From a virus (Duplodnaviria > Caudoviricetes), in IMG/VR virus record IMGVR_UViG_3300049048_000078, positions 1-58,161 of that record: a DNA stretch of 58,161 nucleotides, one strand, 5' to 3'. The translations under genes were made by a program, and so were the position numbers. The notes beneath the pieces were generated by a model. The model saw nothing but the letters and a program-made list of their open reading frames with translations, did no database searches and had not been told where the DNA came from. Below, one piece after another: positions 1 to 8,040 of this stretch (position 1 is its first letter; every line of letters starts with the position of its first letter).

Positions 1-350
1 ACGCCAAGGCCATCATTGCGTCCATCAAGAAGGGCGCCAAGTTCGAAGATATCGCCAAGAAGCAGTCCAAGGACCCAGGCTCCGGCGCCAAGGGTGGCGA
101 TCTGGATTGGGCCAATCCTTCCAGCTATGTGAGCGAATTCACCAACGCCCTGGTCAAGCTCGAAAAGGGCAAGATGACCGACACGCCCGTGAAGAGTCAA
201 TTCGGCTGGCACGTGATCCGTCTCGACGACATCCGCCAGGCCGAACTGCCCAAGCTGGAGGAAGTGAAGCCCCAGGTGGCGCAGCAGCTGCAGCAACAAA
301 AGCTGGCCAAGTTCCAGGAAGAGCTGCGCACCAAGGCCAAGGTCGAATAG
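1..350 (+). CDS. PpiC/parvulin-type peptidyl-prolyl isomerase, 3' part (host, 5' truncated)
   Basis: Frame from nt 3 reads KGAKFEDIAKKQSKDPGSGAKGGDLDW...PVKSQFGWHVIRL, the rotamase signature; TAG at 348-350. Confidence 0.93.
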   Translation, partial: AKAIIASIKKGAKFEDIAKKQSKDPGSGAKGGDLDWANPSSYVSEFTNALVKLEKGKMTDTPVKSQFGWHVIRLDDIRQAELPKLEEVKPQVAQQLQQQKLAKFQEELRTKAKVE

Positions 351-402
351 CGACTGCGGAGATTGCAGGAAGCGCCTCCATGGGCGCGCTCCTCCACCGA
401 GG

Positions 403-430
403 AAAACGCGGCCCAGGCCGCGTTTTTTTT
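403..430 (+). terminator. Intrinsic terminator, probably bidirectional
   Basis: AAAACGCGGCC-CA-GGCCGCGTTTTTTTT hairpin with T-run, between convergent genes. Confidence 0.85.
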
Positions 431-508
431 CGCCCGCTCACCAATGGTTGGCAACCCTGATCAGTGCCCAAACGGCGCCAGATCAACCACCCGGGCCAGC
501 GGATCATT

Positions 509-1321
509 TCAAGAACGCATCCAGACCACGCCAGTCAAAATCGCCAGCATCACCGGCTGATGCAGCATGTAATAGCTCAGGCTCCACCGCCCAAGACCCG
601 CCAGCAGTGCGCCTCCGGCAGGCAACTGCCATTGCAATAAGGCGGGACGATGCGCCAGTAACCATTGCCCGCTGGCCAGCCCCCACCACATGACTCCCAA
701 CCAGGGGAGCACGGGAACATAGTCTTCGGTGTAGGGCTTGCGTGCCACCAGGCCCAGCCAATTCAAAGCCCGGCTGTTGAACCACGGGGCCAGTTCGGCC
801 AGCGCACCGGAACCGGATAGCAGATCGTGCGCCAGAGGAGGCAACATAACGGCAACCAGCCCTGCCAGCCAGAGCCAACGGCCCCAACCCGCCGTACAGC
901 GGGCAACGACAAGCATGACCGCCATGCCATGCAGCACGCCGAAGTAGATGAAGCTTCGCGGGAACATGATGGCGGAGCCCAGCGTGACCAGCAAGGCGCA
1001 AAAAGCAATCTGCGCCCACCTCCGGCCAAACCGCGCCCAGCCCTGCCCTTGGTGCAACGCGATGGCCTGACCCAGCCCGGCGCAAAAAAGAAAAAGACTG
1101 ACGATGCCAGTGCGCTGCAGGGTCCAGAACGGATCGGTACGAAAGTCCTGGGGCCAAAACCCCAAATGGCTCAGGTCAAAGCAAAAGTGAAAGATCGTCA
1201 TCCACACCATGGCAAGACCCCGCAAGGCATCTACCAAGTCATAACGGCGCGAGGAGGTGGGGGCTGTGGCAGGGGCTAACGAAGGCATCGCACGGATCAT
1301 GGCTTTGCGCTGAGATGGCAT
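509..1321 (-). CDS. DUF1624 / heparan-alpha-glucosaminide N-acetyltransferase-like membrane protein (host); true start may be 1300 or 1288
   Basis: RYDLVDALRGLAMVWM..FHFCFDL, IYFGVLH, DYVPVLPWLG, LGRWSLSYYMLHQP motifs; many hydrophobic segments. Confidence 0.85.
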   Translation of the reverse strand: MPSQRKAMIRAMPSLAPATAPTSSRRYDLVDALRGLAMVWMTIFHFCFDLSHLGFWPQDFRTDPFWTLQRTGIVSLFLFCAGLGQAIALHQGQGWARFGRRWAQIAFCALLVTLGSAIMFPRSFIYFGVLHGMAVMLVVARCTAGWGRWLWLAGLVAVMLPPLAHDLLSGSGALAELAPWFNSRALNWLGLVARKPYTEDYVPVLPWLGVMWWGLASGQWLLAHRPALLQWQLPAGGALLAGLGRWSLSYYMLHQPVMLAILTGVVWMRS

Positions 1322-1444
1322 GGGCGACGGGTTGCAGGAGCCAATGGCGGCAGGGAATCAATGCATCCCGCCGAATTCAACGGAATCTACCGCATTCATC
1401 GCATCCGGCAATCTACGGGCATCCGCACCAGCCCATGATGGAAA

Positions 1445-1480
1445 TGAAAAAGGCCCTGCAACAGATGCTGCAGGGCCTTC
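1445..1480 (-). terminator. Terminator of the original tRNA-Pro locus
   Basis: AAGGCCCTGCA-N8-TGCAGGGCCTT hairpin followed by a T-run on the minus strand, just 3' of the tRNA CCA. Confidence 0.8.
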
Positions 1481-1486
1481 AAACAT

Positions 1487-1535
1487 TGGTCGGAGCGGCG
1501 GGATTCGAACTCGCGACCCTCTGCTCCCAAAGCAG
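1487..1535 (-). pseudogene. 3' fragment of tRNA-Pro(TGG), the prophage att core
   Basis: Minus strand CTGCT-TTGGGA-GCAGAGGGTCGCGAGTTCGAATCCCGCCGCTCCGACCA gives anticodon arm, T arm and CCA; D arm and 5' acceptor strand are absent. Confidence 0.9.
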
Positions 1536-1551
1536 CGCTGCAAACTTTGAA

Positions 1552-1637
1552 AATCAACAGCTTAGCGCAATTTTGTCTAACGACAGGACGCCGCGAATGG
1601 GTCTATTTTCAGACGAGCGCATGAAGCTTGTTAGACA
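1552..1637. promoter_or_regulatory. att arm: IHF site and inverted candidate integrase arm-type sites
   Basis: AATCAACAGCTTA (1552-1564) matches WATCAANNNNTTR exactly; TGTCTAAC (1574-1581) and GTTAGACA (1630-1637) are inverted repeats. Confidence 0.6.
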
Positions 1638-1930
1638 GCCTTCGCCTGCAGGTGCGCAATTGTGTTCTGCCGAATCATCATCTTCACCTGCTGCTCAAAG
1701 TCGGTACGTGCCTTGTCCATGGGGCTCTGATCCACCTGCTTGCACATATGCAAATACTTAGCCAGCAGATCCTGCTTGTCCTTGGATTGCGATGTGGCAG
1801 CAAAGAGCAGCGCTGCCTGCGATTCGGCATTGAGCAAGGCCTGATTGACTTTGTCCGTCAACACAAATACCTGCTCCTTGAGCGCCTTAACTTCTTCTTG
1901 TAGCGCTTTGATCTGTTCGTCCTGTGTCAT
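1631..1930 (-). CDS. Hypothetical coiled-coil protein, 99 aa
   Basis: ATGA overlap with the SRAP stop; GGAGA Shine-Dalgarno. Confidence 0.7.
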   Translation of the reverse strand: MTQDEQIKALQEEVKALKEQVFVLTDKVNQALLNAESQAALLFAATSQSKDKQDLLAKYLHMCKQVDQSPMDKARTDFEQQVKMMIRQNTIAHLQAKAV

Positions 1931-2604
1931 GGTCTCTCCGAAATGCCGACGGCGCCGGCATCAAAAATTTCAACCTCTGCCAGGCGCAATAAGGCCTGGG
2001 CTTCCTGTTGTGTTCCGGCAAGCCACTGGTCATAGTCGGCCGGATCCAGCGGGATCACGCTGCGCTTGTCCTGCTTGTCTGCCGCCAGTTTGGGGTCGGG
2101 CTTGTGCATGCGGCTCATCAGCGGGTGCGCGTCCGCGTTGATCGTCAGCATCGTGTAGCTCTCGTGGACCTCGCCCGTGGCCTTGTCGGTCCACGTGTTC
2201 CACAGCCCGGCAAGACCCCACGGGCGCCCGTCCATACGCCGGAACCGCCACCACACGTTCTTTCCGCTCTCCCAGTTCGGCTCGTCGAAGTCAGCGGCAG
2301 GGATGATGCAGCGCTGTCCGCGCGCCCAGGGCAGTTTGTAGCTGGCCTTGGCCGCCAGCTCCTCGCTGCGGGCGTTGTTGGTCGGGTATTTCAGGCGGGG
2401 TTCTTTCGCAAACCAAGGGATCAGGCCCCACTGGCCCACCACCAGCTCACGGCTGTAGCCAGCATCGTCCCGAGCCCGGCGGATGAACGGGCCTTTGCCA
2501 CGAGGGAACAGGGTCTGATCCCACCAGCGCACGGGGTTGCGGCTGGTGATGGACCACTCGCGCTCAATGTCCGCCACCTCGGGAGGTGTGTAGCGATTGC
2601 ACAT
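1927..2604 (-). CDS. SOS response-associated peptidase (SRAP/YedK/HMCES family, abasic-site shielding)
   Basis: True start MCNRY (catalytic Cys2); WGLIPW, NNARSE, RCIIPA..FDEP, LAGLW, MLTINAD.HPLM..MH motifs. Confidence 0.92.
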   Translation of the reverse strand: MCNRYTPPEVADIEREWSITSRNPVRWWDQTLFPRGKGPFIRRARDDAGYSRELVVGQWGLIPWFAKEPRLKYPTNNARSEELAAKASYKLPWARGQRCIIPAADFDEPNWESGKNVWWRFRRMDGRPWGLAGLWNTWTDKATGEVHESYTMLTINADAHPLMSRMHKPDPKLAADKQDKRSVIPLDPADYDQWLAGTQQEAQALLRLAEVEIFDAGAVGISERP

Positions 2605-2635
2605 GGCCTTCACTTTACACCGAAATCGCAAACAA

Positions 2636-2651
2636 CTGTATATTTGCACAG
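2636..2651. promoter_or_regulatory. LexA (SOS) box
   Basis: CTGTATATTTGCACAG fits CTGT-N8-ACAG and lies between the divergent SRAP and 2651 genes. Confidence 0.85.
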
Positions 2652-3088
2652 TGTTTTGCGAAGTCATCACCCTCCGCGCGTCCGGCATGCGGCTGCGCCC
2701 CGCCGAATGGCCCGAGCCTGCGCGCGGGCTGCTCAGAATGCACCACATGTCGTACGCCGACTGTGCGGCGCGCCGCTCGCTGCGCCGACTGGATCTACTT
2801 GGCGAGTGGGTCTCCCACCCGATCTGCCTGCTGCACCTGTTCGAGCCCGAGCTGGTGGACTTGGTGGGCGACGGCATGCTGCTGCGGGGCCACGTCATCG
2901 AGACCCGAAACGGCCGCACCTGCGAGCATGAGCAGCTGTGGCTGGTGCGCCCCTGCAGCACAGCAGAGGGCCCGCCCCTGCCGCGCTTTGACCCGAGCAA
3001 ATGGATGCGAAAGCTGCCGGTGGAGGATCGCACCGGAAATGAACCGTCAGTGAGCGAGCAATGGCACAGGACCCACGTCAAGTACTGA
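2651..3088 (+). CDS. Hypothetical protein divergent from SRAP, probably LexA-regulated
   Basis: GTG at 2651 (MFCEVITLR...) in the 2597..3088 ORF; start codon overlaps the SOS box. Confidence 0.65.
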   Translation: MFCEVITLRASGMRLRPAEWPEPARGLLRMHHMSYADCAARRSLRRLDLLGEWVSHPICLLHLFEPELVDLVGDGMLLRGHVIETRNGRTCEHEQLWLVRPCSTAEGPPLPRFDPSKWMRKLPVEDRTGNEPSVSEQWHRTHVKY

Positions 3089-3288
3089 CCCCGTACCCCA
3101 CCCTCCTGCGCTACCCAACGTGGTACGGCAGCATGCCCGATGAGCAGGTGTTGCCTTTGGAGGCTGCGGCCTACCTGGTCGAGCAACAAACCCTCGACCG
3201 CTGGACAGTGACCGTGAAGCACACCGGCGAAGTACTCTACCGAGGCATTGGGCCTGTAGAAGTCATCGAATCTCCGGCACCTTTCTAG
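3061..3288 (+). CDS. Hypothetical protein, 75 aa
   Basis: ORF overlapping the previous gene end; protein-like composition. Confidence 0.6.
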   Translation: MAQDPRQVLTPYPTLLRYPTWYGSMPDEQVLPLEAAAYLVEQQTLDRWTVTVKHTGEVLYRGIGPVEVIESPAPF

Positions 3289-3385
3289 TTTCACGCCGAC
3301 ATTGATGTGCCTTGCGCGGGCGCGATGGCCTACAGCGGCTTGTCGGAGCACTGGCTAAACTTTTTCCATCGAATAGGAGGCGCCC

Positions 3386-3628
3386 ATGCCCTACGCACTA
3401 CAGGTCATCACTGATCCCGACCACGCCGACAGCTACCGCTGGGTTGTACTGGCACAAGAGCCGGATGACGCCGGCCGCTTTCGCGAGCACTCGGCGTCCG
3501 ATTGCGAGTTCACCGACTGGGCTGCAGCCTTGGATGCCGGGACTTTGGCGCTGGCGGCGGCCGAGGGGCAACCCCATGAGAACGCGGCGGCCGACCCGGT
3601 CGGCGACGCGGATTGCTCAGGCCCCTGA
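3386..3628 (+). CDS. Hypothetical acidic protein, 80 aa
   Basis: Strong AGGAGG Shine-Dalgarno before ATG. Confidence 0.7.
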   Translation: MPYALQVITDPDHADSYRWVVLAQEPDDAGRFREHSASDCEFTDWAAALDAGTLALAAAEGQPHENAAADPVGDADCSGP

Positions 3629-3665
3629 AAAATAGGCCGTGTTGGGCGGCCCGTAAACTCGCCCG

Positions 3666-3929
3666 ATGGCCCATATCTACGACCAGCTCTTGGCAGCATT
3701 GAAATCGCACTGGACGGCGCACAGCAACGCGTATCCGCAAAAGTTCATCCTCTCACCGGCGGACAACGAAGTCTTGAAAGACGCCCGCGGGTCGATCAAC
3801 AAGGCTGTGACCGGAAAGGACTTCTCGGCTCACACGACCTTCATGGATGTGAAAATCGAGGTACGCGACGACTCGCCCGGGATCATGGTTGCGGTCGATG
3901 GGACCGAAACGCCACTCCCAACCCAATGA
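3666..3929 (+). CDS. Hypothetical protein, 87 aa
   Basis: Protein-like ORF ending at a terminator. Confidence 0.65.
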   Translation: MAHIYDQLLAALKSHWTAHSNAYPQKFILSPADNEVLKDARGSINKAVTGKDFSAHTTFMDVKIEVRDDSPGIMVAVDGTETPLPTQ

Positions 3930-3956
3930 AAAAGGCCCGCACGACGCGGGCCTTCT
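3929..3956. terminator. Intrinsic terminator between convergent genes
   Basis: AAAAAGGCCCGC-ACGAC-GCGGGCCTT. Confidence 0.75.
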
Positions 3957-3981
3957 CAGTTCCGCACCTGGCTGGCCAGGA

Positions 3982-4257
3982 TCAGATCGACGGGCACATC
4001 CGCCAGGAAGGGTGTACCGAGGGTCGTCGCTTGAGCACGCGACCCACGAAGGCTCGCGCCGCTACCAGCGCCACGCGCGGTTTTTCTTGGGTCGGTGGCT
4101 GGGTCTGTGCCTGAAAGGGCTCCATCCAGGCGGTCAGGAGGCGGTCGATGCCCAGGCGCGCAGCGGACACAGCACGGTCAGCAGCGGCAGAGAACGCAGA
4201 CGCGGCAGCCAGGCAGGCCACGGCCAGGACGGAAAAAAAGCGAGACGAACGGGTCAT
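3982..4257 (-). CDS. Hypothetical protein with hydrophobic N-terminus, 91 aa
   Basis: GGAG Shine-Dalgarno; last gene of the leftward run. Confidence 0.6.
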   Translation of the reverse strand: MTRSSRFFSVLAVACLAAASAFSAAADRAVSAARLGIDRLLTAWMEPFQAQTQPPTQEKPRVALVAARAFVGRVLKRRPSVHPSWRMCPSI

Positions 4258-4318
4258 GTGAATCTCCAGAAGGTGATGCCGTGGCTACCGGCGAGGGCCC
4301 CTTGCCATTGCGGGGATT

Positions 4319-4507
4319 TCAGGATGGAAGACGCTCGCCCGTCTCGTAGGGCTCTCGGTCGTCCAGGCTGTTGTGCGCCCAGACATCGGGCTCCTCATCG
4401 TCCTCCACGGGCCGGCACCAGCACGTGCTCTTGAAGTCGTGCGGGCGGAGATCGTCTATCGGAGTGATGTGGATTTCCGTGGCGGTGGAGGCGAGGAGCC
4501 AGGTCAT
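4319..4507 (-). CDS. Small His/Cys-containing hypothetical phage protein
   Basis: MTWLL start with ATGA overlap; H..P.DD...H....CWC.P......H pattern. Confidence 0.6.
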   Translation of the reverse strand: MTWLLASTATEIHITPIDDLRPHDFKSTCWCRPVEDDEEPDVWAHNSLDDREPYETGERLPS

Positions 4508-4875
4508 GGCATGCGGGTCTCCGAGTAGGCGCGGATCAGTCCCTTGCTGATGTGCTGGATGGCGTAGGCCTCGGGCTCCCAGCCTGGATCCTCTTCCTTG
4601 ATGTGTTCCAGGATGCGCTGCCATACGTGGACTGCCTCATGCACCAGGGCACAGACAATCTCCACAGGATCGTCGATGCCGGTACCGCATGTCACGACGA
4701 CGATTCGGTCGCCGCTTTCATCTTCGAAGGCGGAGCACGCCGCGCCAAAAGGCTTTGCTGGGTACGGCGTCGCAGCCGGCCCCATGCGCTTCATCAGACG
4801 TCTCCATGACGACTCGTCCGGGCAGAAGGCGATACGCACCGGGTACCAGCCTGCGTCGATCCAGATGGTTTTCAT
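4504..4875 (-). CDS. Small HExxH zinc-metallopeptidase-like protein
   Basis: LVHEAVHVW plus downstream EPEAY; start MKTIW. Confidence 0.65.
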   Translation of the reverse strand: MKTIWIDAGWYPVRIAFCPDESSWRRLMKRMGPAATPYPAKPFGAACSAFEDESGDRIVVVTCGTGIDDPVEIVCALVHEAVHVWQRILEHIKEEDPGWEPEAYAIQHISKGLIRAYSETRMP

Positions 4876-4955
4876 GGGCGTGAAGATGGGTGCCGGCCTG
4901 GCTGGGCAAACCACTTGGCCATCCCGGCGCACCGGGGCGGGCCTTGCCGACGTGA

Positions 4956-5660
4956 TCAGGTCGAGGGACCATTCAGGCAGTGCTCAAGCATCGCCTTGGC
5001 CTGCCCAAAGTGCAGGAGGTTGGTGCCCACGGGCCGCGCACCGCCGCCGGCAGGCCGGTTGAACACGATCCCGCCGTCTGGCGAGAAGTCCTCGGGGAAT
5101 TGCCAGCCGAGAAAGCGCGTCACCATTTCATCGGTGACAGCTAGCTTCTGGGCAGAACTGGCGCGCTCTCCACAGCCCAGATAGCTGCGACGAGAGCCCT
5201 TCACAGCACCGCAGTTCGCACACAACTCACCGCCGTATGAAGCGCTGACGCGCCAATCGTGAGCGATGGCGGCAACGGCTGGCTGTGTTGACGCATGCTT
5301 CGGGCGACTGAAAACTTGCCACTGCGCTTCGGCATGCGTCGCAGCCAGTTTGCTTACTTGGGCCGCAGCTTCTTCGGCTGTGCTCGCGAAGTAAACCTCG
5401 TTCTGTACATCGAAGGTGTTCACTTTCGTAATGACGAACTGAAGCTCAACAGGGCCGTGAACAGTGCCGTCGCTCGTCACGACGCGGGCGTGAGGCTCGC
5501 TCGCGCGGATGGCAAGGGCCACTTCGTCGGCGCGCGCCGGACTGTCGAATTCACCGAGCGTCCCGCATGAGGCGGCGCCTCGCGGCAAGCCGTCGCTCTC
5601 GTAGCGGGTCACAACGTAACGTGTCACCGGGCGCACCCGGATTTCAAGGGTCTTGGTCAT
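4956..5660 (-). CDS. Hypothetical mosaic phage protein, 234 aa
   Basis: ATGA overlap with the spanin gene; CxxC segment; C-terminal MVTRFLGW.FPEDF.PDGGI block. Confidence 0.7.
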   Translation of the reverse strand: MTKTLEIRVRPVTRYVVTRYESDGLPRGAASCGTLGEFDSPARADEVALAIRASEPHARVVTSDGTVHGPVELQFVITKVNTFDVQNEVYFASTAEEAAAQVSKLAATHAEAQWQVFSRPKHASTQPAVAAIAHDWRVSASYGGELCANCGAVKGSRRSYLGCGERASSAQKLAVTDEMVTRFLGWQFPEDFSPDGGIVFNRPAGGGARPVGTNLLHFGQAKAMLEHCLNGPST

Positions 5661-6229
5661 GGTTCACTTTCTGGCTCCGCGGAGCCTGGGAGAATCCCGG
5701 CAGCCGGCCGGGGCGGTTCCGTCAGCGCGTCGTAGTCGCGCTCGCAGGACTGGCCGGAGATGCGGGCGGCATCGGCGTACGCAGCCAGGATTCCCGCTCT
5801 TTGGTCAGCGCGGCCGAGCACGTCGGCAAGCACTCCGATGGGATCTCCGGCTGCCTCGATTGCGGGCGCAGGGCTGGGATTCGCGGTGGCTCGACGGGCG
5901 TCGGCGACAAGGGCGGCGATGCGCTGCCGCAGCCCGTCAGAAGCACGGCGAGCGCTTGCAGCGTCCGCGTTTGCAGCTGCAATTTGTGTAGCGGTTTCAC
6001 GGGCATTCCTTTCTTGGTCGGCGGCCCAGCGGGCTTCTTGCGCACGCACGGCGCGCAGGGCCTTTGCCGTCAGGTCGGCGATGTGCTGCAGGGTCTGGGC
6101 GTTCTTGGTGCGAGTGTTTGCGGCATCGAGCTGGGCGGCGTGCAGACGCACGGTTTGCGCCACCAGCAGGCCGCCCAGCACCAGGGCGGCGGCCATCCAT
6201 CCGTAGCCCTTGAGCTTGTCGAGCAGCAT
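5657..6229 (-). CDS. i-spanin (Rz-like, DUF2514-type)
   Basis: N-terminal TM, coiled coil, C-terminal LADVLGRAD.RAG.LA.YAD.ARI.G..CE..YDAL; downstream of the endolysin. Confidence 0.85.
   Translation of the reverse strand: MLLDKLKGYGWMAAALVLGGLLVAQTVRLHAAQLDAANTRTKNAQTLQHIADLTAKALRAVRAQEARWAADQERNARETATQIAAANADAASARRASDGLRQRIAALVADARRATANPSPAPAIEAAGDPIGVLADVLGRADQRAGILAAYADAARISGQSCERDYDALTEPPRPAAGILPGSAEPESEP
5722..6006 (-). CDS. o-spanin (Rz1-like lipoprotein) nested in the i-spanin gene
   Basis: Alternative frame: signal peptide with LTGC lipobox, Pro-rich mature part with CLPTC. Confidence 0.8.
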   Translation of the reverse strand: MPVKPLHKLQLQTRTLQALAVLLTGCGSASPPLSPTPVEPPRIPALRPQSRQPEIPSECLPTCSAALTKERESWLRTPMPPASPASPASATTTR

Positions 6230-6279
6230 CACAGGCCCCTCCACCAGTACCACCACATGGCGAGCAGGATGGGGTTCAT
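6229..6279 (-). CDS. 16-aa Trp-rich micro-protein MNPILLAMWWYWWRGL
   Basis: ATGA overlap upstream and TGATG overlap downstream. Confidence 0.5.
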   Translation of the reverse strand: MNPILLAMWWYWWRGL

Positions 6280-6467
6280 GGCGAGCCCCAGCGCCGGGCG
6301 GCAACGACGATCAACGCGATCAGCACAGCTACCAGGAGCGCGGTGCATGCCCAGCCCAACGGCGTGCCCAGCAGGAACAGCAGCGCCTCGCCCCACCACG
6401 GGAGATAGAAGCCGCTTGCCAGGGCCGCACCGGGCAGCAGGGCGAGTAGCAGGAACAGCGCGCGCAT
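6276..6467 (-). CDS. Small membrane protein, 63 aa
   Basis: MRALFLLL...; TGATG coupling; two to three hydrophobic segments. Confidence 0.6.
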   Translation of the reverse strand: MRALFLLLALLPGAALASGFYLPWWGEALLFLLGTPLGWACTALLVAVLIALIVVAARRWGSP

Positions 6468-6676
6468 CAGATGCTCCCCTTCTGCCGCTGGATGCCGGCC
6501 CTGATGCCCAAGCCGTAGAAGTGCTTGGCCAAGCCCTCGATCTGGCGCTCGGACCACGGCGTGCAGCCGACGGCAGCGCACTCGGCGGCATCCTCTGCGG
6601 AGACATCCAGGCCTTTGGTGGTGGCGCAGCTCGCGCACAGAGTGGCGATAGCGATGGCGATCAGGGTCTTTTTCAT
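6467..6676 (-). CDS. Small lipoprotein, 69 aa
   Basis: MKKTLIAIAIATLCASC lipobox; ATGA overlap with the endolysin stop. Confidence 0.7.
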   Translation of the reverse strand: MKKTLIAIAIATLCASCATTKGLDVSAEDAAECAAVGCTPWSERQIEGLAKHFYGLGIRAGIQRQKGSI

Positions 6677-7311
6677 GCTGGTGCTCCAAGCCGCCATGTG
6701 CGGCAGATCTCATCGTTGGAATCGCCTCGGAGCTGCAGCCCCGGCAGGACGGTGGAAACGCCTCGGACCGTGCCCCGGTTCCAGCGCGTGTTCTCGCGGC
6801 AGGCGCCCAGCCAGTCCCCCGCGTTGGCCTTGCGGCGCATCGTGCTATCGAAGAAGTTGCCCTCGCCCTTGTTGTGCAGGAAGTCGAGGAAGGTGGCCTG
6901 TTGGAATGGGTCGTAGGTTTTCCAGTACGTGAGCAGCCGCGATGCCTCCACCTCGTAGCCGAGGTAACGGCGCTTCTCCAATCGGTAGCAATCGGCTGGG
7001 CTATAGGTGCGCCCTGCCACCACCTCAGGCCCGGTCAGGCCGTTGCAGACAGTGAGCGGCTGGCCCCTGCCAAGCTTGTCCACGTAGGGCGTTCCGATGT
7101 GGCGATTGCTGGATTCGTAGAAGTTCGCCATGACCATCGCGATGCGGATGGCGTCGGAGACATCGGGGTCAGCGGCCACGGCCTGGATGTAGGTGTTGTT
7201 TTGCGCCTCGCGGGTCGCTGCCTCGTCAACAAAATGGGCCCCTACCCCGGCACCGATCAGCAGCGCCAAAGCGTTGATGCTGGTGCGCAGCTGGGCGGGG
7301 ACTTTGCTCAT
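6673..7311 (-). CDS. Endolysin, GH24 lysozyme with probable SAR anchor
   Basis: Gly/Ala-rich N-terminal hydrophobic helix; YES...PYVD......TVCNGLT (E/D/T triad); STMRRKANAGDW.GAC and LPGL. Confidence 0.88.
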   Translation of the reverse strand: MSKVPAQLRTSINALALLIGAGVGAHFVDEAATREAQNNTYIQAVAADPDVSDAIRIAMVMANFYESSNRHIGTPYVDKLGRGQPLTVCNGLTGPEVVAGRTYSPADCYRLEKRRYLGYEVEASRLLTYWKTYDPFQQATFLDFLHNKGEGNFFDSTMRRKANAGDWLGACRENTRWNRGTVRGVSTVLPGLQLRGDSNDEICRTWRLGAPA

Positions 7312-7631
7312 GGCTCATCCCCAAGCGCGCCAAGGTCGGTGTCGCTGTGGTGAATGGGCACACCGGTGGCGCGCATCAGTTCCATGCGCAGCTGCCTCTC
7401 GCTGTCCCTGCGCTGGGACTCGATCTCTCGGCGCCGGTCCTCGGCCGCCAGGCGCTTGTTGGCCTCGCGTTTGTAGTACCAGGTGATCAGCAGACCAATT
7501 ACTGCTACGGCAGCGCCTACGAAGGTGGCGATGTCAGCCGCTGATAGCTTTCCCACGACCGCGACAGAGCCGCCAAGGATCGTTGTCTTGTTGCCGGCGG
7601 CGCCGATGGCTTCGAGGGTTTCGGTTTTCAT
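7308..7631 (-). CDS. Holin (HP1-like)
   Basis: TM segment ending LLITWYYK, charged C-terminus, immediately upstream of the endolysin. Confidence 0.8.
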   Translation of the reverse strand: MKTETLEAIGAAGNKTTILGGSVAVVGKLSAADIATFVGAAVAVIGLLITWYYKREANKRLAAEDRRREIESQRRDSERQLRMELMRATGVPIHHSDTDLGALGDEP

Positions 7632-7639
7632 GAGCCCGG

Positions 7640-7681
7640 AGTGTTCCGGGCGGGTGGTGTTCCAGCGAACCCTACTGGGGG
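7640..7681 (-). promoter_or_regulatory. Late-promoter motif copy 1 (lysis operon, predicted leaderless)
   Basis: CCCCCAGTAGGGTTCGC-N19-AACACT-N8-ATG. Confidence 0.75.
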
Positions 7682-8040
7682 TTGTTCTGCGTGGCGCGCG
7701 ACGTGAATCTCGGCTCGTTGGGCGGGTGGTATTCCGTGGGGTAGTTCTTCCGCGCGAACTCCTTGATGTAGGCGTTGCGGCAGTGGCCCGGCCCCTGCCA
7801 GAAGAACAGCAGATCAATCGGCCGCATGAACAGCCGCCCGAACACCTTGCCATCGCGGTGCGCGCGGTAGCAGCGGGCACTGAGGGTTTCGTCGGCGTAG
7901 CTGATGGTGCCGTCCAAAGGCGGGATCAGTGCGTTCGCGAGCTGGTCAACGGAGATGAATACCTGCTCGCCGTAGGCCCGCAGCAGCGACAGAGCACGCT
8001 TAAGCCGCGTCTGCTGCGGCGTTAAACTGGATACCTGCAT
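7672..8040 (-). CDS. Conserved small phage protein
   Basis: DQLANAL..DETLSARCYR..IDLLFFWQ..HC motif; GGAGG Shine-Dalgarno. Confidence 0.75.
   Translation of the reverse strand: MQVSSLTPQQTRLKRALSLLRAYGEQVFISVDQLANALIPPLDGTISYADETLSARCYRAHRDGKVFGRLFMRPIDLLFFWQGPGHCRNAYIKEFARKNYPTEYHPPNEPRFTSRATQNNPQ

Noticed and set aside
1487-1535. Intact tRNA-Pro gene
   Set aside because: The sequence beyond the anticodon stem gives no D arm or 5' acceptor strand, so this is the att fragment
2605-3351. N-terminal 249-aa extension of the 474-aa SRAP ORF
   Set aside because: SRAP needs Cys at position 2 (ATG 2604); the extension is antisense to plausible plus-strand genes
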